Virus record (IMG/VR): IMGVR_UViG_3300036831_000050
Location: 1 to 64,000 of that record
Length of the DNA stretch: 64,000 nucleotides
Source: a virus
Strand: one strand, 5' to 3'
Shown here: positions 28,609 to 38,028 of the stretch, piece by piece
Layout of the letters: the number at the start of each line of letters is the position of its first letter
Numbering within the stretch: position 1 is the stretch's first letter
Notes under the pieces: model-generated
Told to the model about the DNA's origin: nothing
The model's input: the letters and a program-made list of their open reading frames with translations, nothing else
Database searches by the model: none
Translations under genes and position numbers: made by a program

Positions 28609-29356
28609 ACTGAAGTTAGCGACTTACTACGACAGCGCGCCGCTGCATGTGCTGGCGGAGTACATGCGCGACCGCGTGTGGCTGGACGTGATGACGGGGG
28701 AGGGCCTGCTCAAGCGCGTCCGCATCGTGCAGATCATCGTCGGCCGTCGGGCCGAGCAGGTCGTCTTCAAGCAGCAGTGGCTTGAGGGTGGCGGCAACGT
28801 CATCGAGCTGTGCAAGCAGCGCATCGTCGTGGACGGCTGTAGCATCTGGCAGGTCGGCGTCACGCAGTACACGGTGGACGAGATCGCGCCGTGGGGGGCA
28901 GCGAAGCTAGAGGTGGTCGATGTGGGCGAGCAGTTCGATGACGTGATGCGTCAGCTCGTCGTGGAGGCAGTGCTGGAGTGCACCGAGGAAATCTTCAAGG
29001 TCAAGCGCGACAAGCTCCTCCAGACGAGTGGGGACTGGCGCGAGTGTCACCATCGACACCAGGCCATTCTTGTCATCTACGAGATGACTGACTACAGGCC
29101 CGCCGATCTCTGCAAGAACGTCTTTGGCTACGCTTCGCAGGGGCCGTGGTTGACGGCCAGGGGCAAGTGTCAGAAGCCGCAGAACTACCACACTGCGTAT
29201 GGGCAGGAGTATTACCAGCGACGATTGGCGCAGGCCGAGGGCATGGTCAAGGCCGTGCGACAGATCGGCAAAGCCGCCGACAGGCGACTCAACGCGCGCT
29301 ACCGGCGCCCCGAGAGCTGTCCGTTCCCCCAGGACTACAAGCCGGTGCTCCGCTGA
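28601..29356 (+). CDS. Protein with DnaA domain-IV-like HTH region
   Basis: 'VLECTEEIFKVKRDKLLQTSGDWRECHHRHQAILVIYEMTDYRPADLCKNVFG' aligns by eye to Bac_DnaA_C. Confidence 0.45.
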   Translation: MAELKLATYYDSAPLHVLAEYMRDRVWLDVMTGEGLLKRVRIVQIIVGRRAEQVVFKQQWLEGGGNVIELCKQRIVVDGCSIWQVGVTQYTVDEIAPWGAAKLEVVDVGEQFDDVMRQLVVEAVLECTEEIFKVKRDKLLQTSGDWRECHHRHQAILVIYEMTDYRPADLCKNVFGYASQGPWLTARGKCQKPQNYHTAYGQEYYQRRLAQAEGMVKAVRQIGKAADRRLNARYRRPESCPFPQDYKPVLR

Positions 29357-29640
29357 TGGACAGCGCCCAGACGTACAGAGCTTTCACCCGCGCCCGTGAC
29401 CTCCGCCTGGCCGACCTGCACTACGACGGGACCTACAAACTGACACGCGGGGGCAGGGACTTCCTCGACATGGTGGACTTCCTGCGCTCGATAGACGACC
29501 GCGCGGGGGCCGCCAGCTCTTCGTCGCCTTTGGCGGCAGGCTCGGAGCAGGCGGCACCCCAACGCGGCGGCACACCGAGGGGCACACGCCAGGGGGATGA
29601 TCGCCCGACGGCGCGCGGTGCGCGGAGTAAGCGTACATGA
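29356..29640 (+). CDS. Hypothetical protein
   Basis: TGATG coupling; 'YKLTRGGRDFL' could be a winged-helix wing. Confidence 0.5.
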   Translation: MDSAQTYRAFTRARDLRLADLHYDGTYKLTRGGRDFLDMVDFLRSIDDRAGAASSSSPLAAGSEQAAPQRGGTPRGTRQGDDRPTARGARSKRT

Positions 29641-29843
29641 AGCTGCGGAGCCACCTACGGCGCGTCTTGAGTCGGCACGTAGTGCTGCACACCAGCGTCG
29701 CCCTGGACATGGTGAACCGACCCTACTTCACGGTCTACCGCGACACCGATCTCATTGGCGTGGGCCTGTCCTGGGGCAACCGACTGAGTGACCCCGTGTG
29801 GTCCATCGACATCGAGCTGTGGAGGAGACCGATCAAGCTATGA
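29637..29843 (+). CDS. Hypothetical protein
   Basis: ATGA-coupled. Confidence 0.5.
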   Translation: MKLRSHLRRVLSRHVVLHTSVALDMVNRPYFTVYRDTDLIGVGLSWGNRLSDPVWSIDIELWRRPIKL

Positions 29844-31069
29844 AGCTGCCCAACAACAGCATCGGCATCTCGGACATCATCAACTACCGAGAGTGTCCGC
29901 AGCGCATGGCGTTCAACATGCGCCGTCACATCGAACTGCCGGAGAGACTTCAGCTCGAACCCGGCGAGCGCGACGAGCCACCTGGGCACACCAACTGGAC
30001 CAATGCCTACGGGTCGGCCATTCACGACGCGATGCACCTCGTTGACAAGGAAGGTCTCACCCATGAGCAGGCGATTCACGAAGTGATGCTGCGCTGGGGG
30101 ACCTACCTTGACCCCGGCGACATCGACCAGTTACGGGACGACTTGAGTCTGTTCGAGAAGCGCCGTCCGCTCGGCGTCACTCTCGTCGGCTCGGAGATGG
30201 AGGCGCGAGTCCCGCTCTTCGCCCATGAGACCGAGGGCCAAATCTACTTCCGGTTCCGCATCGACGCGCTACACCGCCTGATCGCGAACCCCGGCATCTT
30301 CCTGCACCGCGACTACAAGTCGAGCAAGTGGCGCAAGTCACCGGCCGAGGTGCACTCAGACCCACAGATGTGGTCGTACAACTGGGGCATACATGAGTGG
30401 TTCCCCGAGTGCCAGTTCCTCCAGCAGACCTACGACCAGCTCCGCTTCGGTGAGGTGCCGACCAGCAAGAACGACGCGCAGCGGGCCACGATCAAGCAGT
30501 GGCTCATCGAGAACGTCCGCGTCATCATGGCGGACGAGACCTACAAGCCGAAGCAGAACGACTTTTGCCGCTACTGCCCGCTCGTTGTCACGTGCCGGGA
30601 GACACAGCGCGCCACTGACTACTGGAAGGGGCGCCTGGCACTGACTGCGCCGCTGACGAAGGAAGGTCGCAAAGTGCGGGTCGCGTTCGAGGCCGAGGGC
30701 GAGGAGCTGGCGCGCGTCGTGCGCGAGGAGCTGCCGAAGATGAGCGGCACCCGCAAGCACATCGAGCATGTTGAAAAGGTGTTGAAAACTATGTTGGCAG
30801 AGATGTCGATAGAGCAGCGCCAGGAGCTTGGCTGGCAGCTCAAAGACCGCCGCAGTAAGACGATTCCGCCCGACGGACTGCGCGAGCTGCACGCGATGAT
30901 GGGTGACACCTTCTACCAACTTGTCAACATGTCGATGTCAACACTGGAGGAGCACACCGGCAAGCCGAAGAAGGGCGAGCCAGTGCCCGCCGAACTTGAG
31001 GTGGCCCGTAACTGGCAGACCGAGGAGGTGACCGGGACCAACCTCGTCCCTGCAAACAGCGAGGACTAG
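29840..31069 (+). CDS. PD-(D/E)XK exonuclease, RecB/AddB/Cas4-like with Fe-S cysteines
   Basis: 'SDIINYRECP', 'GSAIH', 'RIDAL', 'DYKS' and 'CRYCP...C'. Confidence 0.85.
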   Translation: MKLPNNSIGISDIINYRECPQRMAFNMRRHIELPERLQLEPGERDEPPGHTNWTNAYGSAIHDAMHLVDKEGLTHEQAIHEVMLRWGTYLDPGDIDQLRDDLSLFEKRRPLGVTLVGSEMEARVPLFAHETEGQIYFRFRIDALHRLIANPGIFLHRDYKSSKWRKSPAEVHSDPQMWSYNWGIHEWFPECQFLQQTYDQLRFGEVPTSKNDAQRATIKQWLIENVRVIMADETYKPKQNDFCRYCPLVVTCRETQRATDYWKGRLALTAPLTKEGRKVRVAFEAEGEELARVVREELPKMSGTRKHIEHVEKVLKTMLAEMSIEQRQELGWQLKDRRSKTIPPDGLRELHAMMGDTFYQLVNMSMSTLEEHTGKPKKGEPVPAELEVARNWQTEEVTGTNLVPANSED

Positions 31070-31073
31070 CCCC

Positions 31074-31102
31074 TTGAAACCACCCGGCGCTCGCGCTAGG
31101 GT
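31074..31102 (+). promoter_or_regulatory. SigA-type promoter TTGAAA-N17-TAGGGT
   Basis: Near-consensus -35 and -10 with 17-bp spacing in the intergenic region. Confidence 0.55.
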
Positions 31103-31303
31103 GGCCGCAGACAGGGACAAGCCCCCTGCGACCGGAGAGTCTGGCGGACACCGGAAGCACGGGACCTGTCCTGGGATGATGCGAAACCGAGGCAGATGCA
31201 GGCTATTCGTGCCGTACCTTCAGGCCGTCCGTGGCCCGTTCTGCATCGGTGTCCGAACCAGTGTACCGAAGGCCACAACAGTGGTCAAGAGGAGGGAGAG
31301 AGT

Positions 31304-32233
31304 GTGAGCTGGGAAGCGTTAGGGCGCGTGTGGGAGAGGGAGATCACCCCCGCCGCCCGCAAACTTGTCGCCGTGGCCATCGCAGACGCGGCGAGCGAGG
31401 AGTGTGTGTGTTGGCCAAGCCACAAGAGTCTCGCAACGAAGTGCTCACTCAGCGTTGACAGTGTGCGCGGGCACCTCCGGGCCTTGGAAGATGAGCAGGT
31501 CATCGAGAAAGAGTCGCGCGTCCGAGAGAACGGGTCGCAGACTTCCAACACCTATGTCATCTTGCGGGCGCCGGACGATTCACCCCCCGGAGCCGGTTCA
31601 CAGGGGGGTGTGGACGGGTCCACAGGGGGGGGTGTGAACGGGTCCACCCCCCAGAACCACCATGAAGAACCACCAGAGAACCCCACAGACGGTGCGGAGG
31701 GGGTGGGCGACGGGCGGCTGTTCGACTCCGACCCCGTGGCCGAGGTGTTCGAGCACTACAAGGTCACCGTCCCTGGCAAGGCCGACTCCCGACTGACCCA
31801 GCCGACGCGGAAGCTCATCAAGCGCGCCCTGGACGAGCGTCCTATCGACCGACTCAAGTTGGCCATCAACGGCCTCGCCGTCAGCCAGCACCACATCGAC
31901 GGCGGCTGGCTCGGCATTCAGTACGCCATCGGCAAGGTCAAGCAGAGCGAGACCCCCGGCGACCGCATCGACATGATGGCCGCCAAAGCGCCTGCTCAGT
32001 CCAACAGTTCAGACGGTGGGGTCACAGTTGACGAGCTGCTGCGCACTGTTCCGTCCGACCGCCACTGGATCATTCGGGACACGATGAGTCTGGTCATCGC
32101 CGCCATCAAGCGCGGCGAGCGCGCCGAGCGCGAGGAGGAGATGTTGCGTCGTTCCCCAGGAGTCGAGCCGATCATCGTGACCGCCAGGGTGGACCAGCCG
32201 CCCGAGTTCAAGGGGTGGAGGCGGGTGTCATGA
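31304..32233 (+). CDS. Replication initiator (N-terminal winged HTH, lambda O-like organisation)
   Basis: GTG after AGGAGG. 'CWPSHKSLATKCSLSVDSVRGHLRALEDEQVIEK..R..NGSQTSNTY' is HTH_36-like; lies upstream of DnaB. Confidence 0.8.
   Translation: MSWEALGRVWEREITPAARKLVAVAIADAASEECVCWPSHKSLATKCSLSVDSVRGHLRALEDEQVIEKESRVRENGSQTSNTYVILRAPDDSPPGAGSQGGVDGSTGGGVNGSTPQNHHEEPPENPTDGAEGVGDGRLFDSDPVAEVFEHYKVTVPGKADSRLTQPTRKLIKRALDERPIDRLKLAINGLAVSQHHIDGGWLGIQYAIGKVKQSETPGDRIDMMAAKAPAQSNSSDGGVTVDELLRTVPSDRHWIIRDTMSLVIAAIKRGERAEREEEMLRRSPGVEPIIVTARVDQPPEFKGWRRVS
31583..31652. repeat. Iteron-like repeats (probable origin) within the initiator gene
   Basis: GGAGC-CG-GTTCAC, GTGGAC-GG-GTCCAC and GTGAAC-GG-GTCCAC separated by G6-8 runs. 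Confidence 0.6.
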
Positions 32234-32592
32234 GTCATGGCAGCGACCCGCTCAGCACGGGCTTCGAGAACCGGAAGAATGCCTACTGGTGCCCGGAGTG
32301 TCATGGCTACGTCGTGACCATCGACTTGGACGAGGGTGTCACACCGATGTTCCTGGCCTGCCGCGTCCTGGGTGAACCGAAGGACCCGGCCAACACGTGC
32401 ACCGGCCGGATGCACTCGATGATGTACCCCGAGGAGCCGTGGCCAGCCGAGGACGGCTACGGCAACCCGATTCCCACCGTGCCGACCTGGGAGTGGTACA
32501 TGCCCGACGCCGCCGAGCTGCGGAAGATGGGCCGCGAGGGCCGAGAGCACGCACGCAAGGGCGGCCTGTCACTGAGGCAGCGCAATGCGTGA
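32230..32592 (+). CDS. Zn-ribbon hypothetical protein
   Basis: CPEC...C...C motif. Confidence 0.6.
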   Translation: MSHGSDPLSTGFENRKNAYWCPECHGYVVTIDLDEGVTPMFLACRVLGEPKDPANTCTGRMHSMMYPEEPWPAEDGYGNPIPTVPTWEWYMPDAAELRKMGREGREHARKGGLSLRQRNA

Positions 32593-33097
32593 CGTGAACT
32601 TCGGCTACTGGGTCGAGCGCAGCTTGGCCAACATGGGCGTCGGCCCGCTGGACGGCCCTGTCATCTTCGGCAGTGCTGTCATGAAGCTGCACGGTCTCAA
32701 GGACGAGATCGGGGACGTGGACCTGTTCGTAACACCGAGCGCCTATCACCGGCTGCGCGGCCAGGGGTGGGAGGAGCTGCGGCCCGTACCGGAGGACCCG
32801 CCGTTCCTAGAGGCGCAGTCGATCATCGAGCGCACCCTGTCAGCCGCCAAGGTCATGGACTTCCACGCCTTCCACGCATGGACCAGCCGCGACGCCTGGC
32901 TGGACCTGCCCGAGGCGGTGGCGACGGCCGAGCGCGTCTGCGGCCTGATGTGCGTGCGACTGGAGTTGGTCGCTAAGTGGAAGCAGGAGGCGTTGACGTG
33001 GTGTGTCAAGCACGGCGTCGAGATTCCCGGCTCACCGTGGGAGAAGCACATCGCAGACCTGAACACGCTGGTCGGGGCGGGGGTGACACCAGCATGA
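32585..33097 (+). CDS. Nucleotidyltransferase-fold protein (Pol-beta superfamily)
   Basis: 'IFGSAVM.LHG....GDVDLFV' has the GS and DxD signature. Confidence 0.6.
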   Translation: MRDVNFGYWVERSLANMGVGPLDGPVIFGSAVMKLHGLKDEIGDVDLFVTPSAYHRLRGQGWEELRPVPEDPPFLEAQSIIERTLSAAKVMDFHAFHAWTSRDAWLDLPEAVATAERVCGLMCVRLELVAKWKQEALTWCVKHGVEIPGSPWEKHIADLNTLVGAGVTPA

Positions 33098-34485
33098 GCG
33101 AGATCATGGCCATGCCGATCAACCGCGAGGCCGAGTGGTCTGTCATCGCTCGCATGCTCAACCAGCCTGACATCATCGGTGAGATCATCGGCGTGCCCAT
33201 CGAGCAGCAGGACTTCTCCGACGGCGACACGCGGCTTCTCTACGCAACTTGTGTTGAGCGGTACTACAGCGGTCAGCCCGTTGACCCGCTCATCGTGGGC
33301 GAGGTGGTGCGCGAAGACCTGGCGGCTGCGTGGGGCATGACCGACAGTCGTGGGGTGTCCGGTCAGCTCGTCCAGCGTGTCCGGCAGGCCGAGGTGGGCG
33401 GCAACGTGCTGGACCACGCGGCGCTCGTCAAGCGGCTCTCGGTGGCACGCCAGCTAGACATGGTGTGCTTCCAGGCGATCACCCAGCTCCGCGACGGCCA
33501 ACTGACACCCGAGGAGGTGGCCGACCAGCTCTCCACCGAGGCCCTACAGATCACGGCAGGCTCGCTGCGGCGCTCCGAGCTACTGGGGTGGATGGACGTG
33601 GGCCGTCAGTACGCCATTCAGCTCGAACGGATCATGAAGGCCAGGCAGCAGGGCATCGAGATCGGCGTCTACACCGGCCACTCGTTCATCGACAAGTGGA
33701 CGCAGGGCATCGGTCCCGGCGAGCTGTGCTTCCTGGCGGGAGACCCCGGCGTGGGCAAGACGGCGGTTGCGTGGTCGGCGGCGATGGGTTTCGCCCGACG
33801 GCAGATGCAGCGTAAGCCCGAGCAGCGCGTTGGCACGCTGATGCTGTCCATGGAGATGAACCTGTTTGGGTCCACGATGCGCATGGTCCAGTCACTTACA
33901 GGGATCGACGGCGGCAAGCTGCGGACCGGCGACCTGACACGCGACGAGTTCCACCACATCTTGCGCGAGTGGAAGAACCGCGAGCAGCTACCCATGCACT
34001 TCAACTTCGCCAGCAACTTCAGGCTGTCACAGATGCGGGCGCTCATCACCGAGGCCATTCGCAAGGCGAACATCGGCTTCGTTGTCATCGACCACTTCCG
34101 CATGATCGACACCGACCGGCGCTACACCAACCCCAATCAGGAGGACGAGGCCAAGGTCCGCTTCCTGAAGGAATCGTTGGCCAAGGACTTGAACATCGCC
34201 GTGCTCTGCCTGGCGCACACTGTGAAGGTGGGGCGTGGTCAGGGCGGCGAGTCACCCAAACCAAGACTGTCAGACCTTCGAGGCTCAGGTCAGGTGTCAG
34301 CGCACGCCGACTTCGTGGGCTTCATGTGGAACCCCAGCAAGTACATGTCAGAAGAGGCACGGTACGAGATGGGGCTACTCCGTGACAACGAGATGGAGCT
34401 GTCATGGGAGAAGAGCCGCTTCGGACCAGGCGGTAGTGAGAAGTTCCTGTTCGAGGCAGACAAAATGCGGGTGCTACCCGCCTAA
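33094..34485 (+). CDS. dnaB: Replicative helicase DnaB-like
   Basis: N-terminal 'EAEWSVI', Walker A GDPGVGKT, SMEM, VVIDH and 'PRLSDLRGSG...ADFV'. Confidence 0.92.
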   Translation: MSEIMAMPINREAEWSVIARMLNQPDIIGEIIGVPIEQQDFSDGDTRLLYATCVERYYSGQPVDPLIVGEVVREDLAAAWGMTDSRGVSGQLVQRVRQAEVGGNVLDHAALVKRLSVARQLDMVCFQAITQLRDGQLTPEEVADQLSTEALQITAGSLRRSELLGWMDVGRQYAIQLERIMKARQQGIEIGVYTGHSFIDKWTQGIGPGELCFLAGDPGVGKTAVAWSAAMGFARRQMQRKPEQRVGTLMLSMEMNLFGSTMRMVQSLTGIDGGKLRTGDLTRDEFHHILREWKNREQLPMHFNFASNFRLSQMRALITEAIRKANIGFVVIDHFRMIDTDRRYTNPNQEDEAKVRFLKESLAKDLNIAVLCLAHTVKVGRGQGGESPKPRLSDLRGSGQVSAHADFVGFMWNPSKYMSEEARYEMGLLRDNEMELSWEKSRFGPGGSEKFLFEADKMRVLPA

Positions 34486-34498
34486 CGAGAGGAGCAGC

Positions 34499-35407
34499 AT
34501 GGAAGGTTCAGACCCATTCGCGCAGGTCGAGACAACGGGAGAGAACGACCCGTTCGCCGGGACCGAGTTCGGTGACTTCGAGCAGCATGAGCCGACGACC
34601 GACGGCGACGGTGAGGCAAGCGGCGAACTGAAGACCGTCGATAAGGAAGGCAACGAGGTGGCGCCAGGCCAGGCCGCCCCGGCGCACGCCCCGAACGACG
34701 GCGCCCAGAGCGGCACGCAGACAGAACCGGCCGCCCAGCCCACCAGCGAGGTGGACGTGCAGCCCCAGGCCGCCCCTGCGCCCGCTGAGGTGGCCCAGGA
34801 GGCCACGCCGGACCCTACGCCGTCCTCGCCGGAACCGTCGCCCGCAGCAACGCCCGACGCTTCGCCGCAGCCTGGGGAGCCTGCGCCGAGCGAACCGGCC
34901 GCTGCCGCTGCGCCGAGCGGGGAAAGCACCCCGGCTTCTACCGAGGCGACGAATGGTGCTTCGGCGGAGCAGACGGGGGGTGACCAGGGCGACCCTACCC
35001 CAGCCTCGCCCGCGCAGCCTTCACCCGCCGCAACGTCCGACTCGTCCTCCAGCGAGTCGAGCGACGTGGAGGACGCACCGCTCCCTGAGGAGCCGAAGGA
35101 CAAGCGCGGTCGGGCAACGGCGCGGCGGTATGTCATCTTGCGTGTCGATGGACCGGGCAAGTTCACCCAGGTCCACTGGTACGAGAGTGCCGACGGCAAG
35201 ATGCTGACCAAGCGCGAGCCTGGCAGCAAGCGTCAGACGGTGGCGCTGTGTAAGAACGCCGAGGACGCCCTGAAGGTCGGCTTCGCGGCGTGCGGCGGAC
35301 CGCAGGATGGTGTCAACCTCGTCGCCACTGCGGCCCTGCACTTCCAGCCGAAGGTGGTCAAGCCCCTGCCCCCCGAGCCGTCGAAGCAGCGGCTTCAGAT
35401 CAGCTAG
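34499..35407 (+). CDS. Hypothetical protein with long acidic/Pro-rich N-terminus
   Basis: GAGGAG RBS; folded C-terminal ~100 aa. Confidence 0.65.
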   Translation: MEGSDPFAQVETTGENDPFAGTEFGDFEQHEPTTDGDGEASGELKTVDKEGNEVAPGQAAPAHAPNDGAQSGTQTEPAAQPTSEVDVQPQAAPAPAEVAQEATPDPTPSSPEPSPAATPDASPQPGEPAPSEPAAAAAPSGESTPASTEATNGASAEQTGGDQGDPTPASPAQPSPAATSDSSSSESSDVEDAPLPEEPKDKRGRATARRYVILRVDGPGKFTQVHWYESADGKMLTKREPGSKRQTVALCKNAEDALKVGFAACGGPQDGVNLVATAALHFQPKVVKPLPPEPSKQRLQIS

Positions 35408-35409
35408 GC

Positions 35410-35604
35410 ATGGCCTCTGCACGGCAGCGTAGGCGGCGACTTGAGATGGCCCGTAACCACCAAGCCGCTCAGGATCGCCGTCTACGCGCCGCGCTCGATG
35501 AGCTGCCCGCCGTCGTGTCACCAAAGGCGATGGTGCAGCACATGGAGGAGCGCGGCTTCGAGCGAGACATGATGACCGGCAAATGGAGAGCGAGGCGCAG
35601 ATGA
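35410..35604 (+). CDS. Small basic hypothetical protein
   Basis: Coupled operon gene. Confidence 0.5.
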   Translation: MASARQRRRRLEMARNHQAAQDRRLRAALDELPAVVSPKAMVQHMEERGFERDMMTGKWRARRR

Positions 35605-35939
35605 TCGGACGCAGAAACGGATGGCCCGTCGTGGACGGCGAGCCTGTCAAGCCGTACGAGTTGCCCGACGACCCCGCAGGCAACCAGCGAGAGCTACTAC
35701 GGATGGCTCGCGAGGAGCAGAGGCGCATGGAGCGCGACCGCTCACTCTTCAGGCGCGGTGTTCGGGCGGTGGTCAAGGGGATCAACGCCCGCAAGGGTCG
35801 GGGGTTCGAGGTGACACTGCTCCGTCGCTGGACGCTGGAGTGTCACCGTCTAGCCACCAGCGGCGGCGAGAAGTTCCGCGTCGAGCTGTACCGCCGCCTG
35901 AAGTGGGACCTGAACGTGGAGTTCTGGAGGAGCCGATGA
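35601..35939 (+). CDS. Hypothetical protein
   Basis: ATGA-coupled. Confidence 0.55.
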   Translation: MIGRRNGWPVVDGEPVKPYELPDDPAGNQRELLRMAREEQRRMERDRSLFRRGVRAVVKGINARKGRGFEVTLLRRWTLECHRLATSGGEKFRVELYRRLKWDLNVEFWRSR

Positions 35940-36322
35940 ACGGCACGTACGCAGAGAAGGTCTCTACGGACAGACTCCAAGTGGACAGTTACCGTGTGCG
36001 ACGGTGGACGCGCTTCACGCCAGGCAGGCCCGCCGAGCGCAAGGACCGCGAGGCGCATCTGGCGCGGGCCTCGCTGCTCATGACGACCAAGATGGCCGAC
36101 ACCATTCCCGACATGAAGGGCAAGGTGGAGCAGGTCCGCGTCAACGGCGAGCCTGAGCTGCTGTTCGAGATCACCGTGCTGGCCACCGACGAGGACGACG
36201 CCAGGAAGCGCGCCCTCTACCGCTTCGAGCGGGTGCTGACCACCAGGATTCCCACCGGGCCGAGGCAGAGTGTGACACTCAGGCCGCCGTGGGGCAAGCT
36301 GGAGGTGGACAAGCAGTCATGA
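35936..36322 (+). CDS. Hypothetical protein
   Basis: GGAGG RBS, ATGA-coupled. Confidence 0.6.
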   Translation: MNGTYAEKVSTDRLQVDSYRVRRWTRFTPGRPAERKDREAHLARASLLMTTKMADTIPDMKGKVEQVRVNGEPELLFEITVLATDEDDARKRALYRFERVLTTRIPTGPRQSVTLRPPWGKLEVDKQS

Positions 36323-36780
36323 CAGACCAGCGCCAGGGCGGGAAGGACATGAAGCTGAAGATCGCGGCGTGCCGTCAGGTCTACAGCGGTGTCAACCGGC
36401 GCGGCGATTCGTACACCATCTACGAGGTGGAGGCGCACCGCGCACAGGACGGAGTGAAGATCAACCAGAAGCTCCGCTCGTTCACGGCGCTGGCCATCGG
36501 CCAGGAGATCGAAGTGACGGTCGTGCCGTTCAACTCAGAGCAGCACGGCCGGAGCTTCACCCTGTACCCGAAGAACTCGAAGGGAGGGGTCAGCACGACC
36601 GACCAACTCAACGAGCTGAAAGAGCAACTGGACGAGGCGTTCAGCCGGATTGCCAAGCTGTCACAGCGGGTGGGCGCGCTAGAGGGGGCGCACCGCACCG
36701 AGACCGTGGCCGAGGTGAACGCTGGCGGGTCCGTCCAGAGTCGGGCGGCCCAGAACTTCGGAGATGACCCAGGTTTCTGA
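36319..36780 (+). CDS. Possible ssDNA-binding protein (OB-like N-terminus, coiled coil, acidic-aromatic tail)
   Basis: Beta-rich N-terminus and C-terminal 'FGDDPGF', similar to SSB 'DDIPF' tails. Confidence 0.45.
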   Translation: MTDQRQGGKDMKLKIAACRQVYSGVNRRGDSYTIYEVEAHRAQDGVKINQKLRSFTALAIGQEIEVTVVPFNSEQHGRSFTLYPKNSKGGVSTTDQLNELKEQLDEAFSRIAKLSQRVGALEGAHRTETVAEVNAGGSVQSRAAQNFGDDPGF

Positions 36781-37004
36781 TGGCTGGCGAGGTGGTTAGA
36801 ACCGAACTGGCGTCGCTCCGTGACGACATCGAGCGCGTCCGTGGCACCGAAGAGGTGGACGACGAGGAGCTGGCCCGCTGGGTGTCGGTCCTCGATGACG
36901 CACTGCTGCGGCTGGGCGGTCGCCCCTGCCCTGAGTGTGGTGGGCAGATGGAGTACAGCGCCACACTCCAGGCCCACGTCTGCCACCACTACGAGTCCGG
37001 CTAA
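36780..37004 (+). CDS. Small Zn-ribbon protein
   Basis: CPECGG...C..H motif. Confidence 0.55.
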   Translation: MAGEVVRTELASLRDDIERVRGTEEVDDEELARWVSVLDDALLRLGGRPCPECGGQMEYSATLQAHVCHHYESG

Positions 37005-37051
37005 GGACCAGACTTCAGTTCCGTCGTCGGCCGTGCTAAGCTCCCGCTCGG

Positions 37052-37711
37052 ATGATTGAAGCCTGCTCCACTGGCGGAGAGCAGACGGTTGGGGACCTTC
37101 GGTCCTTCGAGGGATTAGTCGTCAGCACCGCACGTATGTTCGCCTCCCGCATTGGCATGGAGGAGGACGACCTGGCGCAAGAGCTGCGCATCAAGGTCTG
37201 GAGCGTGATACCCCGCTACGACCCGGCACGCTCGCCCCTGACACTGGAGCGGTACGTCTTCGGCGCGCTCACCAACAAGATCAAGGACTTCAAGCGCGGC
37301 GCGGGCCGAGAGGCCAAGCGCCGTGTCACGTTCGGGGTGGAGTTTCTGCACATCGAGGACATGCGTGGCTGGGATGACCTGTCGCGCCAGGAAGCCTTCG
37401 ATGGCCAGTTCCACTTCGTTGAGCGCGAAGAGGTGTTCTCCCAGATCGAGGAAGGGCGCTTTGTCCTACCCGCTGGTGTGACACACACCGAGGCGCGCGT
37501 GCTCGTCCTCCTGATGACCGACCACACCAAGAGCGAGATCGCGCTCCGGCTCGGCATCACCAAGACCGAGGTGTTCCGGTCGATGACGGCGTTGCGCGAA
37601 AAGTTTGCCGACTGGCGGCCGTCGCGGCCGAACTCCAGTCAGGTCGTAGAGATCAGCACCGTACAAACGGTGCGGGCCGAGGACCAGCTAGTAGGGAGCC
37701 GCGCGGCGTAA
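37052..37711 (+). CDS. Phage sigma-70-family RNA polymerase sigma factor
   Basis: Region 2 'EEDDLAQELRIKVW....RYDP.R..L..Y....LTNKIKD' and region 4 HTH 'TKSEIALRLGITKTEV'. Confidence 0.8.
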   Translation: MIEACSTGGEQTVGDLRSFEGLVVSTARMFASRIGMEEDDLAQELRIKVWSVIPRYDPARSPLTLERYVFGALTNKIKDFKRGAGREAKRRVTFGVEFLHIEDMRGWDDLSRQEAFDGQFHFVEREEVFSQIEEGRFVLPAGVTHTEARVLVLLMTDHTKSEIALRLGITKTEVFRSMTALREKFADWRPSRPNSSQVVEISTVQTVRAEDQLVGSRAA

Positions 37712-37797
37712 GGCATGCCGAACCAAGGTGCGCCGCGTATGGTCGTGGACCCCTGGCGGAAGAACCCGAACACACTCTCGACCCTCTGACGGCCGTC

Positions 37798-38028
37798 CTA
37801 CGTGGCGGCCGTCGTCGTTCCTGACTGCTTGAGCTTGTGCTGGTGCTTCGCCCCCGTCGTGTGGGTCCGGGCGATGTTGACAGCGATGGCGTGGACGCCC
37901 TGCGTGGTGCCCTCGTAGTCACACATCGTGCACTTCGGGGTGTAGCTGCCGTCGCCGTTCCAGCGTACGGTGGCCACGTCGCCCTCGCGGACGATCTCCT
38001 CGCCGTCGTCAGTGAACCTGACGCTCAC
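37798..38028 (-). CDS. Small C2H2-like Zn-finger protein
   Basis: GTG start coupled to the upstream stop; CTMC...H....KH. Confidence 0.5.
   Translation of the reverse strand: MSVRFTDDGEEIVREGDVATVRWNGDGSYTPKCTMCDYEGTTQGVHAIAVNIARTHTTGAKHQHKLKQSGTTTAAT

Noticed and set aside
29840-31069. Cas4 as part of a CRISPR system
   Set aside because: It sits in a recombination operon, where solo Cas4/RecB-like exonucleases are common in phages; no array or other cas genes were seen.
31160-31200. Hammerhead ribozyme core
   Set aside because: GCGAAAC is present but the CUGANGA element and flanking stems do not match.
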